DNA of 64,000 nt from Candidatus Kaiserbacteria bacterium (GTDB taxonomy: Bacteria > Patescibacteriota > Minisyncoccia > Phycocordibacterales > UBA2100). The DNA lies in contig JACPLD010000002.1 of NCBI GenBank assembly GCA_016186765.1, positions 35,272 to 99,271 of the forward strand. Reading direction: 5' to 3'. The notes beneath the pieces are model-generated. The model had not been told where the DNA came from. It worked only from the letters and a program-made list of their open reading frames with translations, and ran no database searches. Below are positions 44,997 through 54,373 of this stretch, piece by piece (the stretch's first letter is position 1; the number at the start of each line of letters is the position of its first letter). Made by a program: the position numbers and the translations under genes.

Positions 44997-46037
44997 TCAC
45001 TCGCTTCCCACAAAGGGAGCTTGAGCGCCAGCGCTCTGGAAATTTACCAGCCACGAGCCAGGCGCATTGATGAAAAGATTTGTAGCATGCTTGAGCAGGA
45101 GCTCAATGAGTGCGCTTCCACTCGAGCCAGATGCGTTGATCGTGAGTCCACTCGGGTGCTCTGGATCATTTGCGATCCCAATATCATTCACGCGCCAATT
45201 GTAGATTAGGGCGGTATCATCGGGACTTGCAGCCTCGGCGAAGTATGGCACGGCAGCAAATGTCGTCTCTATCTCGGGGATCTGATTCTCGCGCGCAAGC
45301 GCGCGGTGGTAGGCGATGCCGAACACCGGATCGTTCTCGTAGAGTGCGACGTGTGGTTCCTGCGAACTGATGCGCGCGCTTGCAACACCCTGGAGTCTCC
45401 CATCGGATGTTTTTGCTTCTACCGATATCGTCTCGGAGGCAAACAGTGGTGGGCTCTCGACAGTAGCTTTCGACTTGCCGCGGCCCGATGCCGCAGCTAT
45501 CACGTAGCCGTCTCTTTTCCAGGTGAAGATAATGTCGCGCAGTGGTACTGAAGAGCCGCTTCGAACAAAGCGAGGGATCGCCTCGAGACGGAGGTTCGTG
45601 CCGGCTGAAGGGAGCGCGCGTCCGCGATAGAACGGCGGCACGTACGAATCCGCTTCCCATAATAAGTCGAGCTCGACGGGGGCAATGGTCGCTTCGGCTG
45701 AGGAAAACTCTAGAGCGTTTTCTAGTGCGGTGACCGTCAGTTGTGTCTCGCTCCCGAGCGCTCCTGCAGTCACGTCAACCTCGGTGACGCCAATTCCCTC
45801 CGCGATAGGTTTACCGTTTGCGCTCCACCTAAGTTGCGTTTCTGAAAGATCTAGGAGGCTCGAGCGCGCTCGCGCGTGCAGGCGCTCTCCCGGCGCGGGA
45901 TGCGCCGGGGTGAGCTCAAGCGCGAGGTCGACGCCGAAGATGAGATCGAACTGGGCGTACGCGGGCGGAGCGGCCATTAGTGCCAAGCAAAAAAGGGTAC
46001 AAAGAAGGAGCGCGTTTCGCATCGCCATGACCGGCAT
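44997..46037 (-). CDS. Secreted Ig-like hypothetical protein
   Basis: Signal peptide, WEADSYVPPFYRGRALP, repeated YxW strands. Confidence 0.7.
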   Translation of the reverse strand: MPVMAMRNALLLCTLFCLALMAAPPAYAQFDLIFGVDLALELTPAHPAPGERLHARARSSLLDLSETQLRWSANGKPIAEGIGVTEVDVTAGALGSETQLTVTALENALEFSSAEATIAPVELDLLWEADSYVPPFYRGRALPSAGTNLRLEAIPRFVRSGSSVPLRDIIFTWKRDGYVIAAASGRGKSKATVESPPLFASETISVEAKTSDGRLQGVASARISSQEPHVALYENDPVFGIAYHRALARENQIPEIETTFAAVPYFAEAASPDDTALIYNWRVNDIGIANDPEHPSGLTINASGSSGSALIELLLKHATNLFINAPGSWLVNFQSAGAQAPFVGSE

Positions 46038-46085
46038 TATACCGCGCTCTTCTGTCGCTCCTGGACAAGGCAGGGCATGCGAGCA

Positions 46086-48032
46086 TCACATCGTCGTCTT
46101 TGAGGCCTGCGCATCATCTCGTGCGAGAACCGATTTAAGGCGGGCACCTGCGCTATCAGGAGCTCGTATCTGTGCCGCCTGCGGGATCCCAGCTGGTGTA
46201 TCTCCCGGGAGCTGCCCCGCATTCGCGAGTTCTTGCTTCGCCTTTTTGATCGCGAGGATCTGCGAAGGGTCGGATGTGATGATCTGGTCTTCGGTATAGC
46301 TCGCGATTACCTTGATCGCGACGTGCTTTAGCCCAGCGAAGAAAATGCCCTCTCCCACATCCGACTCGAGCAACAGGTACTTTTCTTCATCGGAGAGTTT
46401 AAACGTTTGCTGAACGAGGTCGACCGAGGTTGGCGATTGCCGAAGAAGGATTTGGATCGAGGAGTTGGTGATCATCGGGATGCCGTAGGGAGAGTTGAGG
46501 AAGTCGGAAACATCCTGCGTGATCGTCGAGATGCCGAGGTAGTACTTGCGCCCGCGCTTCGCGATCCCGAAGAGGAAGGAGGCAGTGTCCTCGCTTCGCA
46601 TCATCCACCACGCCTCGTCGATCACGAGGAGTCGCTTGCGCAGTTCTTTTCTCACGGTGTTCCAGATGTAGTGCGTGATGATGTACATCGCGACAGGTTT
46701 GAGATCGTCCTCCATGTCGCGAACAGAAAAGACGATGAGCTTTTTGTTCATGTCGACGTTCGTGGGCCGGTTCATGAACCCAGCCCACGTCCCCTTCGTG
46801 TATTTGGAAAGGCGCGCGACTAATGACTCCGAGCCTTCCATGCCGGATAGGACGAGCTCGAAGTCGGAAAGCAAGGGCGGCTCGACGGATGCGAAGTTTG
46901 CCTCCGCGGTGATGTCTTTGAGGGCGTAGGTTTCGGTGATCGCCTTGTCGATGACCGCATCCTCCTCGGGCGTGAGGCCGCCTAGCATGATGCGGAAGAG
47001 CCCCACGAGCGAGATGATGTTGTTGCGCAGCACGTCGGAAGGGTTTTCGTCTTCGCGCGGGATGGGAAGATCGAAGGGATTGATGTGGTGCTCGGATGAA
47101 AGGGAAATGTTGAAGTAGCGTCCGCCGACGGTTTCAGCGAGGTACTCGTACTCGCGCTCGGGGTCGATGACGATTACCTCGGCGTCGAACATGAGGGAAC
47201 GCAGTATCTCGAGCTTCGTCATGTAGGATTTGCCCGCGCCGGATTTCGCGAATGTCACCGAGTTGTAGTTCTCTAAGCTAAAGCGGTCGAAGAGGATCAG
47301 CGAGGAGTTGTGGCGGTTGATGCCGTAGAGAATGCCGCGATCGCTTGTGAGGTCGAAGGAGATGAATGGAAAGATTGATGAGAGCGGTGCAGAGTTGAGT
47401 TTCGTGTGTACGTCGAGCTCGTCGAGAGCAAGCGGCAGCACTGAGCGAAATCCTCCTTCCTGCTGGAAAAGCGCTGGACGGATGTAGACGAGGCGACCCT
47501 CGAGAATGGAGCGGACCTCGCTTTCGATCTTGTCGACCTCCTCGCGCGTCGCGCCGTAGATGGTGAGGTAGAGGCCGACTTCAAAGATGCGCTCCTGCGC
47601 CTGCTGCAGGGAGTCGCGGAGCTTCTCGAGGTCTTGGTAGGCAGTATCGAGCACTGGGTCGCGAACCATCCCCTTCTCCTCACGCGTCGCGATCTGGCTC
47701 TGCACCTCCGCCACTTTTTTCTGGAACTTGCGGAGCACCTCGATGGTATCCATCGGATGCACGAGGATCGAGATATCGATCACCTTGTCCATGTTGATGA
47801 TGGGCGCAAACCATCCCGTTGTGAGGAAGCGCGGGTAGGAGATCACGAAGAACGTGCGGGCAATCTTTTCGCCAAGGTCGATCTCCCGCGAGCTGATCCT
47901 AAGCGCGTGTGGCGCGATCACGTCTTGAAGCGATAGTACGCCGGTCTTGTAGATCTCCTCGGGAAGAACAGGCAGCACCGCTGCTGCAGGCGCAGTCTTC
48001 TTTTTGAAAGGGAGGAGGTCGGTAAATGCCAT
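46086..48032 (-). CDS. virB4: VirB4/TraC-like T4SS ATPase
   Basis: AKSGAGKS, VIDPEREY, INPFD, LLVIDEAW, RGRKY, ITQD. Confidence 0.88.
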   Translation of the reverse strand: MAFTDLLPFKKKTAPAAAVLPVLPEEIYKTGVLSLQDVIAPHALRISSREIDLGEKIARTFFVISYPRFLTTGWFAPIINMDKVIDISILVHPMDTIEVLRKFQKKVAEVQSQIATREEKGMVRDPVLDTAYQDLEKLRDSLQQAQERIFEVGLYLTIYGATREEVDKIESEVRSILEGRLVYIRPALFQQEGGFRSVLPLALDELDVHTKLNSAPLSSIFPFISFDLTSDRGILYGINRHNSSLILFDRFSLENYNSVTFAKSGAGKSYMTKLEILRSLMFDAEVIVIDPEREYEYLAETVGGRYFNISLSSEHHINPFDLPIPREDENPSDVLRNNIISLVGLFRIMLGGLTPEEDAVIDKAITETYALKDITAEANFASVEPPLLSDFELVLSGMEGSESLVARLSKYTKGTWAGFMNRPTNVDMNKKLIVFSVRDMEDDLKPVAMYIITHYIWNTVRKELRKRLLVIDEAWWMMRSEDTASFLFGIAKRGRKYYLGISTITQDVSDFLNSPYGIPMITNSSIQILLRQSPTSVDLVQQTFKLSDEEKYLLLESDVGEGIFFAGLKHVAIKVIASYTEDQIITSDPSQILAIKKAKQELANAGQLPGDTPAGIPQAAQIRAPDSAGARLKSVLARDDAQASKTTM

Positions 48033-48117
48033 AGGCGTTAGCCACTAGCCACTAGGGTTTAGGGGGAGCAAAGTTGAATTTCATAGGTATTCTCTAATGG
48101 CTAATTACTAGTGGCTA
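48032..48117. repeat. Period-7 inverted-arm element, TAG/CTA type
   Basis: TAGGCGT TAGCCAC TAGCCAC TAGGGTT TAGGGGG ... TTCTCTA ATGGCTA ATTACTA GTGGCTA. Confidence 0.8.
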
Positions 48118-48780
48118 TTGGCTGTTCAGTGGCATTGGCTTGCCCGCTTCGCCGGGGTTGAAGAGTTTATAGAAGAGCTCAATTGCTTCCTCGGTTCCCA
48201 ACTGTACCGTGCGCACGCCGGTGCGGATCAATCCTTGCTGCACGATCGCAACACGCTGCTCGAGCTGCGAGACCTGCTCCTCGAATGTTCTGTTTGCGTC
48301 AGCCGCAGTAGCCTTCTTCTTGTTCCACGGCAGCATCGACGCAGGGCCGCCTTTCCCGATCGGCGCGAGCGAAGGTGCATACGGCACGACGACGAAGAAA
48401 TTTTTCGTCATGATGTTTGCTGCCTCCGTAAAGCTCTTAATGAATTCTATGTATTCGCGTATCTGGATGCGCATCAGGTCATCGAGTTGCTCTTTGAAAC
48501 GCTCTTCGAGCGTTGCAACGTACGGACGGATATCGAGCATGCGTGATTGTACGAAGATCTGCACGGAGAAGTCGAGCGAGTTGAGAAAGTTCTGGAATTG
48601 CAGGAGGAATGCGCTCTGTTCGTCTTCCGATTTCAGCGCGAAGTTGAGTGAGGAAGCAAGGAGTATCGCGCGCAACCCCCCACCTTTCAGGATGACGATG
48701 CCGTCGCGTACCTCGGCAATCGGCACGAATTCCTGTGCCGATCTCTTGCCAGCGCCGAGGGTTTGGAGGGGTGTGGACAT
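48115..48780 (-). CDS. T4SS-associated protein, VirB4-N/TraC-like
   Basis: SLNFALKSEDEQ..FQNFLNSLDF.VQI; lies between prgI and virB4. Confidence 0.7.
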   Translation of the reverse strand: MSTPLQTLGAGKRSAQEFVPIAEVRDGIVILKGGGLRAILLASSLNFALKSEDEQSAFLLQFQNFLNSLDFSVQIFVQSRMLDIRPYVATLEERFKEQLDDLMRIQIREYIEFIKSFTEAANIMTKNFFVVVPYAPSLAPIGKGGPASMLPWNKKKATAADANRTFEEQVSQLEQRVAIVQQGLIRTGVRTVQLGTEEAIELFYKLFNPGEAGKPMPLNSQ

Positions 48781-48782
48781 GG

Positions 48783-49271
48783 TTATTGGACAAGCGCCTC
48801 GCGAGCTGTTCGCACGGGTGCGACGATGCCACCGACGTGTTCACGGTCCTCTGCGACCCCCGCTGCGATCCGCTCCTTGATGTCGAGACTCCACGCGAGC
48901 TCGTGCAATTTGCTTTCGGCGAGCTTTGGAATGTAGACTTCCGATGTAGGCTCGATTTTCTGTTCTCGCTTGCCTGTTTTCTGTTTGCTTCTCAGCTCAT
49001 TGCTCCAGAGATAGAGCTTGCTTCGTACAAGGTAGTAGAAGCCATTTTCCAAACCGAGAACGAAGGGGCGGCCGTTCCACTGCAGGAACGCGAGCGCTGC
49101 CGCAAGCCCCCCGATGCCAAGTATCAGTGGGCCCGCGAGATAGAGCGGGAGCACACGCCATAGGAGGTACGCCGCACCGGCGCCACCTGCCATATAGATG
49201 AACTGCTTGAAGGTGAGCGGTCCGAAGATCTTGTCTTCGACCTCGATGAATTGGGGGACCTGAAATTGCAT
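48783..49271 (-). CDS. PrgI family (VirB3-like) protein
   Basis: QFQVPQFIEVEDKIFGPLTFKQF plus 2 TM. Confidence 0.85.
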   Translation of the reverse strand: MQFQVPQFIEVEDKIFGPLTFKQFIYMAGGAGAAYLLWRVLPLYLAGPLILGIGGLAAALAFLQWNGRPFVLGLENGFYYLVRSKLYLWSNELRSKQKTGKREQKIEPTSEVYIPKLAESKLHELAWSLDIKERIAAGVAEDREHVGGIVAPVRTAREALVQ

Positions 49272-49275
49272 ACTC

Positions 49276-49703
49276 GAGAGAGCAGCGAACAGAGAACAGC
49301 GAACAGTTAACGCAGTTTCGCGCGGAGCGCGTACAGCATTCTGCCGGTTTCGTCCAGCTGCATCTCAATTGTACTACAGTCTTTTTCGGTACAGTACGAG
49401 AGTTCTTTCGCAATTGTGAGGAGGGTTTCGAGCTCAGTCAGCGAGCCGTGCGATATCCTTAGAAAGTTTGCAAATTCCTTGGGAGTATTTCTTCCGTAGC
49501 CTTCGGCAATATTGGCTGCGACAGAGACTCCAGCACGCCGCATTTGGGAAGTCAGGGCAAATAGCTCATCTTTGGGAAATTTTTTCGTCAGTGTATATAC
49601 TCCAAGCGAAAGCTCAACGGCTTTCTGCCAAACCAAAAGCTTTCTATAAGAATGGCTACCCTCTAGATTTTTCTGTTCTCTGTTCACTGTTTTCTGTTAT
49701 CTT
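49276..49703 (-). mobile_element. Putative element: four-helix-bundle gene bracketed by inverted 7-mer arrays
   Basis: Left arm CAGCGAA CAGAGAA CAGCGAA CAGTTAA (49283-49310); right arm TTTTCTG TTCTCTG TTCACTG TTTTCTG (49669-49696). Confidence 0.6.
49307..49687 (-). CDS. Four helix bundle protein (23S rRNA IVS protein family)
   Basis: YRKLLVWQKA, FPKDELFALTSQMRRA.VS..ANIAEG, FLRISHGS..ELET. Confidence 0.95.
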   Translation of the reverse strand: MNREQKNLEGSHSYRKLLVWQKAVELSLGVYTLTKKFPKDELFALTSQMRRAGVSVAANIAEGYGRNTPKEFANFLRISHGSLTELETLLTIAKELSYCTEKDCSTIEMQLDETGRMLYALRAKLR

Positions 49704-49705
49704 GC

Positions 49706-50314
49706 TCACTGCGGCGGTTCTCTGTAGGGATCGTCGTGAATATCTTTGCGCGCACTCGAGGGCTCCCCAGCTCTATATGCTCCTGAGGTTGGACCGCGAA
49801 CGGCCTTCTCGGTTCCCTGTGGAGGTGGAGGTGTTGCCGGTACGACAGGAAGTGGTGCTGCAATCACTGAAGTGTTTTCCTCCCTTTCCCCTATAACCTT
49901 TCCCCTATCACCTGTACTTGCAAGCACCTGCGCGCGTGTTGCCTCGACGCTACTCACCTCTTTTTCTTTCGCCTCCGGATGCTCGAGTTCCCGCTCGAGT
50001 TCTTGCCGAATGGGCTCAAACACGATGCGCGAGACATCACTTGCAAGAGAATTTGTAACTTCATCAGAAACTTCAAGGTCAGCTTTTAAGTTTTTTGCCA
50101 GCTCTTCTGGCGGCTGAAATCCAAGCAAGGTGAGCATCACGTTGTTTTCGAGCAGTTGCCACTGATCCAAATGCAGATGTTTTGTGTCGGCGAGCTCACG
50201 CAGCTGTTTTTGTATGCCCACGGATGTTATGGCATCTTGGACGACCTTAGGCAGCTCTTTGAACCGATCCTGGATTTTTTCGTCGAGCTCTTTTTTTGAG
50301 ATGTCAGCGTTCAT
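49706..50314 (-). CDS. Conserved hypothetical protein
   Basis: FKELPKVVQDAI, HLHLDQ, C-terminal DPYREP. Confidence 0.75.
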   Translation of the reverse strand: MNADISKKELDEKIQDRFKELPKVVQDAITSVGIQKQLRELADTKHLHLDQWQLLENNVMLTLLGFQPPEELAKNLKADLEVSDEVTNSLASDVSRIVFEPIRQELERELEHPEAKEKEVSSVEATRAQVLASTGDRGKVIGEREENTSVIAAPLPVVPATPPPPQGTEKAVRGPTSGAYRAGEPSSARKDIHDDPYREPPQ

Positions 50315-50318
50315 ATCA

Positions 50319-52793
50319 CTATGGCGTGCGCGGTGGCGGCGGTGCTTGCGGTGGAGGAGGAGGCGAAGGCGCAGTTTCGGCCTGAACGCTTGCCACCACA
50401 TCTCGCAGATTTGCAGTCCGTACTCTCTTCTTGTACAGGTCCCGCGTATTCTGTGCAACTATCTCGTTTGCTCCGGTTAACTTGCCGATCGCACGGGTCA
50501 GAACGTCGCCCGATCTTCTTCCAACTCTCTCCGCGATGTTCGCTGCGCTCTCCCCCATTGCTGCCACGATTTCTTTTCCTATTTGCTCGGTTTGCTCTTC
50601 GTATTCACCCACAGCCTTTTCCGCTTCTTTGACGGGGCGCTCGAGCACATCTATGCGCTGCTGAATGAGCTGTACGGCCTGTCTTGCTCTTGCAATGCGC
50701 TGGTCTTCAATCTTCATTTCAGCACTGCGGCGCGCGATGTCGGCAGGTGAACCGGCGCTCGCTCTAAATCTTTCCTCGATTACGACTTTGTTTCGAGATG
50801 CGCTGCCCTCTTCGTTCTGAGCATGCTGTTGCGTGGCGATAAGCTTTTCACCCAGCTGCTCGAATCTCTTTACAGTCTCCGCATTTGCTCGCTCCGCATC
50901 CCGCCTCACCTGAAGGTCTTTGAGCCCAGCTTCCCGCTTCTCTCGTACCTCCTGCTTTGCTTTTTCATTTTGATCTGCAGAAGGCGCGATTTTCGCGGCC
51001 TCTTTCTCTGCAGCTTCCGTTCGAGCTTTTATCTGATCTGCGTAGCTCTTCGTGGCTTTGACTGATTCTCCCGTGAAGTCAGCCCCAGCAGCCCTCGCGG
51101 CGCTCTTCATCACACCAGTATCCATGATGTTCATTCTGCTTTCGGCGATTGCACTGCCACGCGCTGCTCGCCGCAGCTTTGTATCTGCAAATCCCTCCAG
51201 TCTCCGGGCTTTTGCGGCCGCCTCGTCCGCTGCTTTCGTGTAGCCTGCTCTGCGAAACCCTGCCTCTTCTTGTCGTGCCGCCCCTGCTTCGTCGCGTGCC
51301 TCGCGTGCCTGCTTGAGTCGGCTCCTCTCGTATCGGTAGCCAAGCCACCCGGCCGTCTGGCGAAGAGCTGGAGCGACAAGGAATCGCGAGCCTGCGGTTA
51401 AGGGGAGTGCGCTGAAAGCTGTTGCGAACCTGAAGCCAGCAATGGAGCGAGCGAATGCGTTTGCGGATATGACGGACACGATGAGAAGACCGATTACAAT
51501 GACGTAATTGAAAAGCGCTTCGAGGTTCAAGGTCTGGCTCGGGTCGGCGACCATAGCGCCGAGCGTTCCACTTTGGGGTAGGGCCTGCGCAACCTTGAGC
51601 GACGCCCACAAGAAAATCATGAGAATGGGGGCAAATGTCGCAGCTTTGATCAGCGACTGCCACCACGTTGAGAATCCTTTTCCGATGAATTGCTGCGGAA
51701 TGAGCCAGCTTGCGAACGCAAGCGCGGACGTCATCATGAGGAAGATGAGCAGCACGGCTCGTGCGATGAGCAGGAAGGAGGCGTAGAGAAACACCCCCGC
51801 CGCAATGAGGAGGAGAGTCGCAGACACGAGCCCGTGCAGGAGGGCGTACCAGCCGTTTGCATTGGTGAATTTGTTACTTTCGTCGCCGAAGGCTGCGCGA
51901 GAGAGCGCCTGGTACGTTTCTGCCATCGTCGCGATACCCATCACTTTGATGAATTCACCCGCGATACCTGTTTTTACGAACTCGGTATCGAATGCTCCTT
52001 GCAAATTTCGTGATTCGCTCTGGAAGCCGCTTGCTCTGACGAATTGCAGCGCGGTGAAGTTTGATGCATCGATAATCGCTTTACTGAAAAGGAGGCTGAA
52101 ATTAATCAGCACGGCGACGATAAGCACGCGCGCGATCAACTTCTTTTCTCCAAACTCTTTTACGCCGAGGATGATGTTTATTGCAATGAAGACGAACATC
52201 GAGATGATAACGATATTGGCAAGGTCTCGGAGCGCGGTCCATCCAACCTCGATTGCCTGACGCACCTCCGTTCTAAGCAGCGTCTCTCCAAACTTGACGA
52301 CCGTGTGATCTATTAGAAGGTTGAATAGGTACCCGGCGGTAGCAAGGAGCCACGCTGTCGCTGTAACAAGGGCGGTGCCGATGACAGTACTTACCAGTCT
52401 GCCGAAACACGTGATGCCAAACCAATCAATGAGCGATTCACAGCGATTTCCAGCGACTGGCGTAGATCCCTCGACTTTCTTTCCTTGACTGTCAACGCAG
52501 ATTGGTGCTACGTAATATGTTCCGGTTCCGGGTGTCCTTGTCCATTCAGCGGCAACACTTTGTCCAGCTGGACATGTATGGGAGGACGTATCAATAGCTG
52601 TGCCGTAACCTACACGGTCGTCAAACTCTCTCCTGCACTCAACTCTTCCGCTGGAGAGTGTCGTCATGGTTGAACCAGGGGGACATACATAGTTCTGTGC
52701 TTCGGCTACCGTTGTTGTGGCTAGTTGGATGGCAATACTCATACCAATCAACAAAGGGACAAATATAAGGATCAGTTTTTTCCTTGCGGACAT
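50319..52793 (-). CDS. VirB6/TrbL-like polytopic membrane protein
   Basis: GW...RDLAN, AVLINFSL....IID.SN, multiple TM, long coiled-coil C-terminus. Confidence 0.7.
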   Translation of the reverse strand: MSARKKLILIFVPLLIGMSIAIQLATTTVAEAQNYVCPPGSTMTTLSSGRVECRREFDDRVGYGTAIDTSSHTCPAGQSVAAEWTRTPGTGTYYVAPICVDSQGKKVEGSTPVAGNRCESLIDWFGITCFGRLVSTVIGTALVTATAWLLATAGYLFNLLIDHTVVKFGETLLRTEVRQAIEVGWTALRDLANIVIISMFVFIAINIILGVKEFGEKKLIARVLIVAVLINFSLLFSKAIIDASNFTALQFVRASGFQSESRNLQGAFDTEFVKTGIAGEFIKVMGIATMAETYQALSRAAFGDESNKFTNANGWYALLHGLVSATLLLIAAGVFLYASFLLIARAVLLIFLMMTSALAFASWLIPQQFIGKGFSTWWQSLIKAATFAPILMIFLWASLKVAQALPQSGTLGAMVADPSQTLNLEALFNYVIVIGLLIVSVISANAFARSIAGFRFATAFSALPLTAGSRFLVAPALRQTAGWLGYRYERSRLKQAREARDEAGAARQEEAGFRRAGYTKAADEAAAKARRLEGFADTKLRRAARGSAIAESRMNIMDTGVMKSAARAAGADFTGESVKATKSYADQIKARTEAAEKEAAKIAPSADQNEKAKQEVREKREAGLKDLQVRRDAERANAETVKRFEQLGEKLIATQQHAQNEEGSASRNKVVIEERFRASAGSPADIARRSAEMKIEDQRIARARQAVQLIQQRIDVLERPVKEAEKAVGEYEEQTEQIGKEIVAAMGESAANIAERVGRRSGDVLTRAIGKLTGANEIVAQNTRDLYKKRVRTANLRDVVASVQAETAPSPPPPPQAPPPPRTP

Positions 52794-52795
52794 AA

Positions 52796-54373
52796 CTATA
52801 TCTTCCACCGCTCTGCCCAGAGGCGCGGAATGTCTGCGTTGTTGATGTTGCACCAGCCGGTCGAAGGAGAGGGCGAGTCGCCCCACGCTTGAGCGGTGTC
52901 TTGGATGAGTGTCTGCATAGCGCTTGCAACGTCGTCGCGCTGCTTGAGCGCGTTTTCCGCATCAAACCTCGTATGTAGTTCGCGCTCTGCGACTAAGGTA
53001 TCGAGCTGCTGGAGCGCAATACGTTGTGCATTCTGCGATGCCGTGTTGGTGACGCCCGCAATGAGTTGATCGATGAGCCCGAGCGCGCGCCGCGAATTCT
53101 GGACGTTTGTGAGCGCGGCATTGGCAAGAGGCGCGATCTGCGAATCGATAACCTGCTGCGAGAACGCAAGCGAGCTCGTGGAAGTGTTGATCTTGTTCGG
53201 GTCGAGCGTAAGGCCGCTTTGGGTGGCGTAGTTCTGCGCTCTCGGCACGACAAGCTCCCAGCACGCGCGTTCCATGTTTCGGAGCTGGTTGATGGCCTGC
53301 GTGAGGTTTGCAGCGATCGCCTCCATTGAGGCGAGGTAGCGGCCCTCGATCTCGCGGCTCGCATTGAGGATGCTAAGCGCTGCATTCACCGCCGCCCCAA
53401 TGACGCCTTGCGAAGAGTCTCTCGCTACTTGGTCGATGTACGCGGGCTGCCCTCCCCTACTCTGCATGATGCCTGAGAATCCGCGGTTGTCGGAGATGAT
53501 CTGCGTCGTTACCCCTGCGTACAGCGCACTGATCATCTCTCCAATGTCATCGGCGCTCTCAAGTTGCCGGACCGACGAGCCGAGGATCTGCTGGAACGAT
53601 TCCTGTACGACGGAGGATGGCGTCAAGATCTTTTCTTGGAATGGATCCTGTGCGTTGTCGGTGAGGGCATAGAAGCCGCGGCCCCAATCCCAGACCATTT
53701 TCTGATTTTCGACGGCTTGTGCATCACGTGCGTCCGCCAGATCTTCGAAGTACAGTGCGGCAAGGTGTGGTATGCATACGGGATTCGTCATTGCAAATAT
53801 TGATCCGATCGGATCATCCGATTGGTTTTGTATCCTGGCGTTGATGTCGTCGTAGGGACACTTGAGAAGGGATTCCGGCGCTCTCGTTTCTTGTTGGTAC
53901 GTGGCCGCGCTCCAGCGGACTATATTGTCCCTAAATATGGGCGTGAGTCCCTGTGCTGTGTCGCCCGTCAATGTTGTCAACCTTGACCTGTCTCTCACGG
54001 CCAAAAGCTCTGCTTCAGGATCTACGACGTAGCGCTTGTTGCCTTCGCGGCCAGTTTCTATCGCAACGCTGGCTCTCTTCAAGAGTGCGCTCATCGCGCT
54101 TTCGCGCAGACGGTCCTGGAGCGGTCGCAGCACGCACTCTTTGTAGACGAGGATGCCGGTGTTCAAGGTTACTGCAGCGTCGTTGACCGGGACGTAGACG
54201 CCACCGATCGCGGCAAGCGTACCCGCCGAGGCATTGGCGCCCGCAGTCTGATTACATCCAAAAATACCCTCATTTTTAAACTGGTAGTTGTTTTGCGCAG
54301 CTGCCGCGAAGGGCACGGCGCTCAAGCTGATCCCAAGCAAAGCAATTTGGACATGTCGCAGGTAGGGCGTCAT
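52796..54373 (-). CDS. Secreted helical hypothetical protein in T4SS-like cluster
   Basis: Signal peptide, YVPVND, KECVL, ADDIGEMI. Confidence 0.7.
   Translation of the reverse strand: MTPYLRHVQIALLGISLSAVPFAAAAQNNYQFKNEGIFGCNQTAGANASAGTLAAIGGVYVPVNDAAVTLNTGILVYKECVLRPLQDRLRESAMSALLKRASVAIETGREGNKRYVVDPEAELLAVRDRSRLTTLTGDTAQGLTPIFRDNIVRWSAATYQQETRAPESLLKCPYDDINARIQNQSDDPIGSIFAMTNPVCIPHLAALYFEDLADARDAQAVENQKMVWDWGRGFYALTDNAQDPFQEKILTPSSVVQESFQQILGSSVRQLESADDIGEMISALYAGVTTQIISDNRGFSGIMQSRGGQPAYIDQVARDSSQGVIGAAVNAALSILNASREIEGRYLASMEAIAANLTQAINQLRNMERACWELVVPRAQNYATQSGLTLDPNKINTSTSSLAFSQQVIDSQIAPLANAALTNVQNSRRALGLIDQLIAGVTNTASQNAQRIALQQLDTLVAERELHTRFDAENALKQRDDVASAMQTLIQDTAQAWGDSPSPSTGWCNINNADIPRLWAERWKI

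Noticed and set aside
49307-49687. Diversity-generating retroelement (Avd-like gene)
   Set aside because: No reverse transcriptase and no TR/VR pair differing at adenines was seen in the window.
49307-49687. 23S rRNA intervening sequence
   Set aside because: Flanks are protein-coding genes; no rRNA sequence is recognisable.
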